This document shows, in pieces, positions 42,001-54,400 of a DNA stretch of 64,000 nucleotides; positions within the stretch are counted from its first letter, which is position 1; every line of letters starts with the position of its first letter. Under the pieces are notes generated by a model, which searched no databases, was not told the origin of the DNA, and was given only the letters and a program-made list of their open reading frames with translations. Made by a program: the position numbers and the translations under genes. The DNA lies in contig CAXHJY010000973.1 in NCBI GenBank assembly GCA_964016885.1, forward strand, positions 496,001 through 560,000. The letters run 5' to 3'. The stretch comes from Eledone cirrhosa. Taxonomy: Eukaryota.

Positions 42001-45000
42001 GTTGCATCCTTTAAAACCTCTATGGAACAAACTACCTCCATCAGTTGTTAGCTGTTGAAACACTGCATCCTTTAAAACCTCCATGGAACAAACTACCTGC
42101 ATCAGTTGTTACCTGTTGAGACACTGCATCCTTTAAAACCTCCATGGAACAAACAATCTGCATCAATTGTTAGCTGCTGAGACACTGCATCCTTTAAAAC
42201 CTCTATGGAACAAACTACCTTCATCAGTTGTTACCTGTCGATACACTGCATCCTTTAAAACCTCCATGGAACATACTACCTGCATCAGTTGTTAGCTGTT
42301 GAGACATTGCATCCTTTAAAACCTCTATGGAACAAACTACCTCCATCAGTTGTTAGCTGACGAGACACTGTATCCTTTAAAACCTCCATGGAACAAACTA
42401 CCTGCATCAGTTCTTACCTGTTGAGACTCTGCATCCTTTAAAACCTCCATGGAACAAACTACCTGCATCAGTTGTTAGCTGTCCAGACACTGCATCCTTT
42501 AAAACCTCCATGGAACAAACTACCTGCATCAGTTGTTAGCTGTCCAGACACTGCATCCTTTAAAACCGCCATGGAACAAACTACCTACATCAGTTGTTAG
42601 CTGTTGAGACACTGCATCCTTTAAAACCTCTGTGGAAAAAACTCCCTGCATCAGTTGCTAGTAGTTGAGACACTGAATCTTTTAAAACCTCCATGGAACA
42701 AACTACCTGCATCAGTTGTTAGCTCTTGACACGTTGCATCCTTTAAAACCTCTATGGAACAAACTACCTCCATCAGTTGTTAGCTGTTGAGACACTGCAT
42801 CCTTTAAAACCTCCATGGAACAAACTACCTGCATCAGTTGTTACCTGTTGAGACACTGCATCCTTTAAAACCTCCATGGAACAAACAATCTGCATCAATT
42901 GTTAGCTGCTGAGACACTGCATCCTTTAAAACCTCCATGGAACAAACTACCTTCATCAGTTGTTACCTGTCGATACACTGCATCCTTTAAAACCTCCATG
43001 GAACATACTACCTGCATCAGTTGTTAGCTGTTGAGACATTGCATCCTTTAAAACCTCTATGGAACAAACTACCTCCATCAGTTGTTAGCTGACGAGACAC
43101 TGTATCCTTTAAAACCTCCATGGAACAAACTACCTGCATCAGTTCTTACCTGTTGACACGTTGCATCCTTTAAAAGCTCTATGGAACAAACTACCTCCAT
43201 CAGTTGTTAGCTGTTGAGACACTGCATCCTTTAAAACCTCCACGGAACAAACTACCTGCATCAGTTGTTACCTGTTGAGACACTGCATCCTTTAAAACCT
43301 CCATGGAACAAACTACCTTCATCAGTTGTTAGCTGTCGAGACTCTGCATCCTTTAAAACCTCCATGGAACAAACTACCTCCATCAGTTGTTAGCTGTTGA
43401 GACACTGCATCCTTTAAAACCTCCGTGGAAAAAACTCCCTGCATCAGTTGCTAGTAGTTGAGACACTGAATCTTTTAAAACCTCCATGGAACAAACTACC
43501 TGCATCAGTTGTTAGCTGCTGAGACACTGCATCCTTTAAAACCTCCATGGAACAAACTACCTGCATCAGTTGTTAGCTGTTGAGACATTGCATCCTTTAA
43601 AACCTCTATGGAACAAACTACCTCCATCTTTTGTTAGCTGTTGAGACACTGCATCCTTTAAAACCTCCATGGAACAAACTACCTGCATCAGTTGTTAGCT
43701 GCTGAGACACTGTATCCTTTAAAACCTCCATGGAACAAACCACCTTCATCAGTTGTTAGCTGTCGAGACACTGCATCCTTTAAAACCTCCATGGAACAAA
43801 CTACCTGCATCAGTTGTTAGCTGCTGAGACACTGCATCTTTTAAAACCTCCATGGAACAAACTACCTGCATCAGTTGTTAGCTGACGAGACACTGTATCC
43901 TTTAAAACCTCCATGGAACAAACTACCTGCATCAGTTCTTAGCTGTTGACACGTTGTATCCTTTAAAACCTCTATGGAACAAACTACCTCCATCAGTTGT
44001 TAGCTGTTGAGAGACTGCATCCTTTAAAACCTCCATGGAACAAACTACCTGCATCAGTTCTTACCTGTTGAGACACTGCATCCTTTAAAACCTCCATGGA
44101 ACAAACTACCCGCATCAATTGTTAGCTGTCGAGACACTGCATCCTTTAAAACCTCCATGGAACAAACTACCTGCATCAGTTGTTAGCTGTCCAGACACTG
44201 CATCCTTTAAAACCTCGATGGCACAAACTACCTTCATCAGTTGTTAGCTGCTGAGACACTGCATCCTTTAAAACCTCCATGGAACAAACTACCTTCATCA
44301 GTTGTTAGCTGCTGAGACACTGCATCCTTTAAAACCGCCATGGAACAAACTACCTACATCAGTTGTTAGCTGTTGAGACATTGCATCCTTTAAAACCTCT
44401 ATGGAACAAACTACCTCCATCAGTTGTTAGCTGTTGAGACACTGCATCCTTTAAAACCTCCGTGGAAAAAACTCCCTGCATCAGTTGCTAGTAGTTGAGA
44501 CACTGAATCTTTTTAAACCTCCATGGAACAAACTACCTGCATCAGTTCTTAGCTGTTGACACGTTGCATCCTTTAAAACTTCTATGGAACAAACTACCTC
44601 CATCAGTTGTTAGCTGTTGAGACACTGCATCCTTTAAAACCTCCATGGAACAAACTACCTGCATCAGTTGTTACGTGTTGAGACACTGCATCCTTTAAAA
44701 CCTCTATGGAGCAAACTATCTGCATCAGTTGTTAGCTGCTGAGACACTGCATCCTTTAAAACCTCCATGGAACAAACTACCTGCATCAGTTGTTAGCTGT
44801 TGAGACATTGCATCCTTTAAAACCTCTATGGAACAAACTACCTCCATCAGTTGTTAGCTGTTGAGACACTGCATCCTTTAAAACCTCTATGGAACAAACT
44901 ACCTCCATCAGTTGTTAGCTGTTGAGACACTGCATCCTTTAAAACCTCCATGGAACAAACTACCTGCATCAGTTGTTAGCTGTTGAGACTCTGCATCCTT

Positions 45001-45960
45001 TAAAACCTCTATGGAGCAAACTATCTGCATCAGTTGTTAGCTGCTGAGACACTGCATCCTTTAAAACCTCCATGGAACAAACTACCTGCATCAGTTGTTA
45101 GCTGTTGAGACACTGCATCCTTTAAAACCTCCATGGAACAAACTACCTGCATCAGTTGTTAGCTGTCCAGACACTGCATCCTTTAAAACCGCCATGGAAC
45201 AAACTACCTACATCAGTTGTTAGCTGTTGAGACATGGCATCCTTTAAAACCGCCATGGAACAAACTACCTACATCAGTTGTTAGCTGTTGAGACACTGCA
45301 TCCTTTAAAACATCCATGGAACAAACTACCTGCATCAGTTGTAAGTTGTCGAGACACTGCATCCTTTAAAACCTCCATGGAACAAATTACCTGCATCAGT
45401 TGTTAGCTGTCGAGACACTGCATCCTTTAAAACCTCTATGGAACAAACTACCTCCATCAGTTGTTAGCTGTTGAGACACTGCATCCTTTAAAACCTCTAT
45501 GGAACAAACTACCTCCATCAGTTGCTAGCAGTTGAGACTCTGCATCCTTTAAAACCTCCGTGGAAAAAACTCCCTGCATCAGTTGCTAGCAGTTGAGACT
45601 CTGCATCTTTTAAAACCTCTATGGAACAAACTACCTCCATCAGTTGTTAGATGTTGAGACACTGCATCCTTTAAAACCTCCATGGAACAAACTACCTGCA
45701 TCAGTTGTTACCTGTTGAGACACTGTATCCTTTAAAACCTCCATGGAACAAACTATCTGCATCAGTTGTTAGCTGCTGAGACACTGCATCCTTTAAAACC
45801 TCCATGGAACAAACTACCTTCATCAGTTGTTACCTGTCGATACACTGCATCCTTTAAAACCTCCATGGAACAAACTACCTGCATCAGTTGTTAGCTGTTG
45901 AGACATTGCATCCTTTAAAACCTCTATGGAACAAACTACCTCCATCAGTTGTTAGCTGTT
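39072..45960. repeat. Duplicated blocks offset by ~4.6-4.7 kb in the distal 61-mer domain
   Basis: CATCTTTTG 39072/43629 and GTTACGTG 40118/44675 are offset by 4557 (75x61-18). GACATGGC 40539/45236 and AAACATCC 40615/45312 are offset by 4697 (77x61). Confidence 0.8.
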
Positions 45961-48900
45961 GAGACACTGAATCTTTTAAAACCTCCATGGAACAAACTAC
46001 CTGCATCAGTTGTTAGCTGACGAGACACTGTATCCTTTAAAACCTCCATGGAACAAACTACCTGCATCAGTTCTTACCTGTTGACACGTTGCATCCTTTA
46101 AAATCTCTATGGAACAAACTACCTCCATCAGTTGTTAGCTGTTGAGACACTGCATCCTTTAAAACCTCCATGGAACAAACTACCTTCATCAGTTGTTACC
46201 TGTCGATACACGGCATCCTTTAAAACCTCCATGGAACAAACTACCTGCATCAGTTGTTAGCTGTTGAGACACTGCATCCTTTAAAACCTCCATGGAACAA
46301 ACTACCTGCATCAGTTGTTAGCTGTCAAGACACTGCAGCCTTTAAAATCTCCATGGAACAAACTACCTTCATCAGTTGTTAGCTGTTGAGACACTGCATC
46401 CTTTAAAACCTCCATGGAACAAACTACCAGCATCAGTTGTTAGCTGTCCAGACACTGCATCCTTTAAAACCTCCATGCAACAAACTACCTTCATCAGTTG
46501 TTAGTTGTCCAGAGACTGCATCCTTTAAAACCTCCATGGAACAAACTACCTGCACCAGTTGTAAGTTGTCGAGACACTGCATCCTTTAAAACCTCCATGG
46601 AACAAATTACCTGAATCAGTTGTTAGCTGTCGAGACACTGCATCTTTTAAAACCTCTATGGAACAAACTACCTCCATCAGTTGTTAGATGTTGAGACACT
46701 GCATCCTTTAAAACCTCCATGGAACAAACTACCTGCATCAGTTGTTAGCTGTTGAGACATTGCATCCTTTAAAACCTCTATGGAACAAACTACCTGCGTC
46801 AGTTGCTAGCTGACGAGACACTGTATCCTTTAAAACCTCCATGGAACAAACTACCTGCATCAGATCTTAGCTGTTGACACGTTGCATCCTTTAAAACCTC
46901 TATGGAACAAACTACCTCCATCAGTTGTTAGCTGTTGAGACACTGCATCCTTTAAAACCTCCATGGAACAAACTACCTGCATCAGTTGTTAGCTGTCGAG
47001 ACACTGCATCCTTTAAAACCTCCATGGAACAAACTACCTGCATCAGTTGTTAGCTGTCCAGACACTGCATCCTTTAAAACCTCGATGGGACAAACTACCT
47101 TCATCAGTTGTTAGCTGTTGAGACACTGCATCCTTTAAAACCTCCATGGAACAAACTACCTTCATCAGTTGTTAGCTGCTGAGACACTGCATCCTTTAAA
47201 ACCGCCATGGAACAAACTACCTACATCAGTTGTTAGCTGTTGAGACATGGCATCCATTAAAACCTCTATGGAACAAACTACCTCCATCAGTTGTTAGCTG
47301 TTGAGACACTGCATCCTTTAAAACCTCCATGGGACAAACTACCTGCATCAGTTGTAAGTTGTCGAGACACTGCATCCTTTAAAACCTCCATGGAACAAAT
47401 TACCTGCATCAGTTGTTAGCTGTCGAGACACTGCATCCTTTAAAACCTCTATGGAACAAACTACCTCCATCAGTTGTTAGCTGTTGAGACACTGCATCCT
47501 TTAAAACCTCCGTGGAAAAAACTCCCTGCATCAGTTGCTAGCAGTTGAGACACTGCATCTTTTAAAACCTCTATGGAACAAACTACCTCCATCAGTTGTT
47601 AGATGTTGAGACACTGCATCCTTTAAAACCTCCATGGAACAAACTACCTGCATCAGTTGTTACCTGTTGAGACACTGTATCCTTTAAAACCTCCATGGAA
47701 CAAACTATCTGCATCAGTTGTTAGCTGCTGAGACACTGCATCCTTTAAAACCTCCATGGAACAAACTACCTTCATCAGTTGTTACCTGTCGATACACTGC
47801 ATCCTTTAAAACCTCCATGGAACAAACTACCTGCATCAGTTGTTAGCTGTTGAGACATTGCATCCTTTAAAACCTCTATGGAACAAACTACCTCCATCAG
47901 TTGTTAGCTGTTGAGACACTGAATCTTTTAAAACCTTCATGGAACAAACTACCTGCATCAGTTGTTAGCTGACGAGACACTGTATCCTTTAAAACCTCCA
48001 TGGAACAAACTACCTGCATCAGTTCTTAGCTGTTGACAGGTTGCATCCTTTAAAACCTCTATGGAACAAACTACCTCCATCAGTTGTTAGCTGTTGAGAC
48101 ACTGCATCCTTTAAAACCTCCATGGAACAAACTACCTGCATCAGTTGTTAGCTGTTGAGACACTGCATCCTTTAAAACCTCCATGGAACAAACTACCTGC
48201 ATCAGTTGTTAGCTGTCGAGACACTGCATCCTTTAAAACCTCCATGGAACAAACTACCTGCATCAGTTGTTAGCTGTCCAGACACTGCATCCTTTAAAAC
48301 CTCGATGGAACAAACTACCTTCATCAGTTGTTAGCTGCTGAGACACTGCATCCTTTAAAACCTCCATGGAACAAACTACCTGCATCAGTTGTTAGCTGTT
48401 GAGACACTGCATCCTTTAAAACCTCCATGGAACAAACTACCTTCATCAGTTGTTAGCTGTTGAGACATGGCATCCATTAAAACCTCTCTGGAACAAACTA
48501 CCTCCATCAGTTGTTAGCTGCTGAGACACTGCATCCTTTAAAACCGCCATGGAACAAACTACCTACATCAGTTGTTAGCTGTTGAGACATGGCATCCATT
48601 AAAACCTCTCTGGAACAAACTACCTCCATCAGTTGTTAGCTGTTGAGACACTGCATCCTTTAAAACCTCCATGGAACAAACTACCTTCATCAGTTGTTAG
48701 CTGTCGAGATACTGCATCCTTTAAAACCTCCATGGAACAAACTACCTTCATCAGTTGTTAGCTGTCGAGACACTGCATTCTTTAAAACCTCCATGGAACA
48801 AACTACCTCCATCAGTTGTTAGCTGTTGAGACATTGCATCCTTTAAAACCTCTATGGAACAAACTACCTCCATCAGTTGTTAGCTGTTGAGACACTGCAT

Positions 48901-49180
48901 CCTTTAAAACCTCTATGGAACAAACTACCTTCATCAGTTGTTAGCTGTTGAGACACTGCATCCTTTAAAACCTCCATGGAACAAACTACCTTCATCAGTT
49001 GTTAGCTGTCGAGACACTGCATTCTTTAAAACCTCCATGGAACAAACTACCTCCATCAGTTGTTAGCTGTTGAGACATTGCATCCTTTAAAACCTCCATG
49101 GAACAAACTACCTCCATCAGTTGTTAGCTGTTGAGACATTGCATCCTTTAAAACCTCTATGGAACAAACTACCTCCATCA

Positions 49181-49230
49181 GTTGTTAGCTACTCTACTCC
49201 TGTGTAATTATATTAACTATTCCTTACTCC
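49181..49230. other. Direct junction between the 61-bp and 30-bp satellites
   Basis: The sequence reads ...CATCAGTTGTTAGCT|ACTCTACTCCTGTGTAATTATATTAACT..., with no intervening unique DNA. Confidence 0.95.
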
Positions 49231-51470
49231 AGTGTAACCATATTAACTACTCTGTATTCCAGTGTAACCATATTATTAACTACTCTGTACTCCAGTGTAA
49301 CCATATTAACTACTCTGTACTCCAGTGTAACTATATTAACTACTCTCTACTCCAGTGTAACTATATTAACTACTCTGTACTCCAGTGTAACTATATTAAC
49401 TACTCTATACTCCAGTGTAACCATATTAACTACTCTATACTCTAGTGTAACCATATTAACTTCTCTATACTCCAGTGTAACCATATTAACTACTCTGTAC
49501 TCCAGTGTAACCATATTAACTACTCTCTACTCCAGTGTAACTATATTAACTACTCTCTACTCCAGTGAAACCATATTAACTACTCTGTACTTCAGTGTAA
49601 CTATATTAACTACTCTGTACTCCAGTGTAACTATATTAACTACTCTCTACTCCAGTGTAACCATATTAACTACTCTGTACTCCAGTGTAACTATATTAAC
49701 TTCTCTCTACTCCAGTGTAACTATATTAACTACTCTGTACTCAAGTGTAACCATATTAACTACTCTGTACTCCAGTGTAACTATATTAACTACTCTCTAC
49801 TCCAGTGTAACTATATTAACTACTCTCTACTCCAGTGTAACTATATTAACTACTCTCTACTCCAGTGTAACTATATTAACTACTCTCTACTCCAGTGTAA
49901 CTATATTAACTACTCTATACTCCAGTGTAACTATATTAACTATTCTTTACTCCAGTGTAACTATATTAACTACTCTGTACTCCAGTGTAACCATATTAAC
50001 TACTCTGTACTTCAGTGTAACTATATTAACTACTCTCTACTCCAGTGTAACTATATTAACTACTCTCTACTCCAGTGTAACTATATTAACTACTCTGTAC
50101 TTCAGTGTAACTATATTAACTACTCTGTACCCCAGTGTAACTATATTAACTACTCTCAACTCCAGTGTAACTATATTAACTACTCTCTACTCCAGTGTAA
50201 CTATATTAACTACTCTGTACTCCAGTGTAACTATATTAACTACTCTGTACCCCAGTGTAACTATATTAACTACTCTCTACTCCAGTGTAACTATATTAAC
50301 TACTATGTACACCAGTGTAACCATATTATTAAATACTCTGTACTCCAGTGTAACCCTATTATTAACTACTCTCAACTCCAGTGTAACTATATTAACTACT
50401 CTCTACTCCAGTGTAACTATATTAACTACTCTGTACTCCAGTGTAACTATATTAACTACTCTGTACTTCAGTGTAACTATATTAACTACTCTCTACTCCT
50501 GTGTAACTATATTAACTACTCTGTACCCCAGTGTAACTATATTAACTACTCTATACTCCAGTGAAACAATATTAACTACTTTGTACTCCAGTGTAACCAT
50601 ATTATTAACTACTCTGTACTCCGGTGTAACTATATTAAATACTATCTACTCCAGTGTAACTATATTACCTACTCTCTACTCCAGTGTAACTATATTAACT
50701 ACTCTCTACTCCAGTGTAACTATATTAACTACTCTCTACTCCAGTGTAACTATATTAACTACTCTCTACTCCAGCGTAACTATATTAACTACTCTTTACT
50801 CCAGTGTAACTATATTAACTACTCTTTACTCCAGTGTAACTATATTAACTACCCTCTACTCCAGTGTAACTATATTAACTACTCTCTACTCCAGTGTAAC
50901 TATATTAACTACTCTGTACTTCAGTGTAACTATATTAACTACTCTGTACCCCAGTGTAACTATATTAACTACTCTCAACTCCAGTGTAACTATATTAACT
51001 ACTCTCTACTCCAGTGTAACTATATTAACTACTCTGTACTCCAGTGTAACTATATTAACTACTCTGTACCCCAGTGTAACTATATTAACTACTCTCTACT
51101 CCAGTGTAACTATATTAACTACTCTCTACTCCAGTGTAACTATATTAACTACTCTCTACTCCAGTGTAACTATATTAACTACTATGTACACCAGTGTAAC
51201 CATATTATTAAATACTCTGTACTCCAGTGTAACCCTATTATTAACTACTCCGTACTCCAGTGTAACTATATTAACTACTCTGTACTCCAGTGAAACAATA
51301 TTAACTAATCTGTACTCCAGTGTAACCATAGTAACTACTCTCTACTCAGGTGTAACCATATTAACTACGCTGTACTCCAGTGTAACTATATTAACTACTC
51401 TATACTCCAGTGAAACAATATTAACTACGCTGTACTCCAGTGTAACCATATTAACTACTCTGTACTTCAG

Positions 51471-54400
51471 TGTAACCTATTATTAACTACTCTCTACTCC
51501 AGTGTAACCATATTAACTACTCTGTACTTCAGTGTAACCCTATTATTAACTACTCTGTACTTCAGTGTAACCCTATTATTAACTACTCTTTACTCCAGTG
51601 TAACTATATTAACTACTCTCTACTCCAGTGTAACTATATTAACTACTCTCTACTCCAGTGTAACTATATTAACTACTCTCTCCTCCAGTGTAACCATATT
51701 AACTACTCTATACTCCAGTGTAACCATATTAACTACTCTCTACTCCAGTGTAACTATATTAACTACTCTATACTCCAGTATAACCATATTAACTACTCTA
51801 TACTCTAGTGTAACCATATTAACTACTCTATACTCCAGTGTAACCATATTACCTACTCTCTACTCCAGTGTAACTATATTACCTACTCTCTACTCCAGTG
51901 TAACTATATTAAGTACTCTCTACTCCGGTGTAACTATATTAACTACTCTGTACTCCAGTGTAACCATATTAACTACTATGTACTCTAATGTAACTATATT
52001 AACTACTCTCTACTCCAGTGTAACTATATTATTAACTACTCTGTACTCCAGTGTAACTATATTACCTACTCTATACTCCAGTGTAACTATATTAACTATT
52101 CATTACTCCAGTGTAACTATATTAACTATTCTTTACTCCAGTGTAACTATATTAACTACTCTGTACTCCAGTGTAACCATATTAACTACTCTGTACTTCA
52201 GTGTAACTATATTAACTACTCTGTACTCCAGTGTAACTATATTAACTACTCTATACTCCAGTGAAACAATATTAACTACTCTGTACGCCAGTGTAACTAT
52301 ATTAACTACTCTCTACTCCAGTGTAACTATATTAACTACTCTTTACTCCAGTGTAACTATATTAACTACTCTGTACCCCAGTGTAACTATATTAACTACT
52401 CTCTACTCCAGTGTAACTATATTAACTACTCTCTACTCCAGTGTAACTATATTAACTACTATGTACACCAGTGTAACCATATTATTAACTACTCTGTACT
52501 CCAGTGTAACCCTATTATTAACTACTCCGTACTCCAGTGTAACTATATTAACTACTCTGTACTCCAGTGAAACAATATTAACTAATCTGTACTCCAGTGT
52601 AACCATAGTAACTACTCTCTACTCAGGTGTAACCATATTAACTACGCTGTACTCCAGTGAAACAATATTAACTACGCTGTACTCCAGTGTAACCATATTA
52701 ACTACGCTGTACTCCAGTGTAACCATATTAACTACGCTGTACTCCAGTGTAACTATATTAACTACTCTGTACCCCAGTGTAACTATATTAACTACTCTAT
52801 ACTCCAGTGAAACAATATTAACTACGCTGTACTCCAGTGTAACCATATTAACTACTCTGTACTTCAGTGTAACCTATTATTAACTACTCTCTACTCCAGT
52901 GTAACCATATTAACTACTCTGTACTTCAGTGTAACCCTATTATTAACTACTCTGTACTTCAGTGTAACCCTATTATTAACTACTCTGTACTCCAGTGTAA
53001 CTATATTAACTACTCTCTACTCCAGTGTAACTATATTAACTACTCTCTACTCCAGTGTAACTATATTAACTACTCTCTCCTCCAGTGTAACCATATTAAC
53101 TACTCTATACTCCAGTGTAACCATATTAACTACTCTCTACTCCAGTGTAACTATATTAACTACTCTATACTCCAGTATAACCATATTAACTACTCTATAC
53201 TCTAGTGTAACCATATTAACTACTCTATACTCCAGTGTAACCATATTACCTACTCTCTACTCCAGTGTAACTATATTACCTACTCTCTACTCCAGTGTAA
53301 CTATATTAAGTACTCTCTACTCCAGTGTAACTATATTAACTACTCTGTACTCCAGTGTAACCATATTAACTACTATGTACTCTAATGTAACTATATTAAC
53401 TACTCTCTACTCCAGTGTAACTATATTATTAACTACTCTGTACTCCAGTGTAACTATATTACCTACTCTATACTCCAGTGTAACTATATTAACTATTCAT
53501 TACTCCAGTGTAACTATATTAACTATTCTTTACTCCAGTGTAACTATATTAACTACTCTGTACTCCAGTGTAACCATATTAACTACTCTGTACTTCAGTG
53601 TAACTATATTAACTACTCTGTACTCCAGTGTAACTATATTAACTACTCTATACTCCAGTGAAACAATATTAACTACTCTGTACGCCAGTGTAACTATATT
53701 AACTACTCTCTACTCCAGTGTAACTATATTAACTACTCTTTACTCCAGTGTAACTATATTAACTACTCTGTACTCCAGTGTAACTATATTAACTACTCTG
53801 TACTCCAGTGTAACCATATTAACTACTCTGTACTCCAGTGTAACCATACTAACTACTCTGTACTCCAGTGTAACCATATTAACTACTCTCTACACCAGTG
53901 TAACTATATTAACTACTCTCTACTCCAGTGTAACCATATTAACTACTCTCTACTCCAGTGTAACTATATTAACTACTCTCTACTCCAGTGTAACTATATT
54001 AACTACTCTCTACTCCAGTGTAACTATATTAACTACTCTCTACTCCAGCGTAACTATATTAACTACTCTTTACTCCAGTGTAACTATATTAACTACTCTT
54101 TACTCCAGTGTAACTATATTAACTACCCTCTACTCCAGTGTAACTATATTAACTACTCTCTACTCCAGTGTAACTATATTAACTACTCTGTACTTCAGTG
54201 TAACTATATTAACTACTCTGTACCCCAGTGTAACTATATTAACTACTCTCAACTCCAGTGTAACTATATTAACTACTCTCTACTCCAGTGTAACTATATT
54301 AACTACTCTGTACTCCAGTGTAACTATATTAACTACTCTGTACCCCAGTGTAACTATATTAACTACTCTCTACTCCAGTGTAACTATATTAACTACTCTC

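Larger units (their letters stand above)
1..49190. repeat. 61-bp tandem satellite array (~807 monomers, truncated by the left window edge)
   Basis: The motif shifts by one base per 60-nt line (TACCT at 1 and 62), giving period 61. Spacings between diagnostic variants are exact multiples of 61 once four 10-bp deletions and one 18-bp deletion are counted. Single orientation throughout. Confidence 0.99.

Noticed and set aside
1-49190. CRISPR array (a 61-bp period resembles repeat plus spacer)
   Set aside because: The whole unit is conserved, there are no unique spacers, and there is no leader or cas gene.
1-49190. Coding repeat or tandem small-RNA genes (tRNA, 5S, spliced leader)
   Set aside because: The period is not a multiple of 3 and TAG/TAA stops are frequent. 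There is no cloverleaf or Pol III A/B box, and no resemblance to RNA families I recognise.
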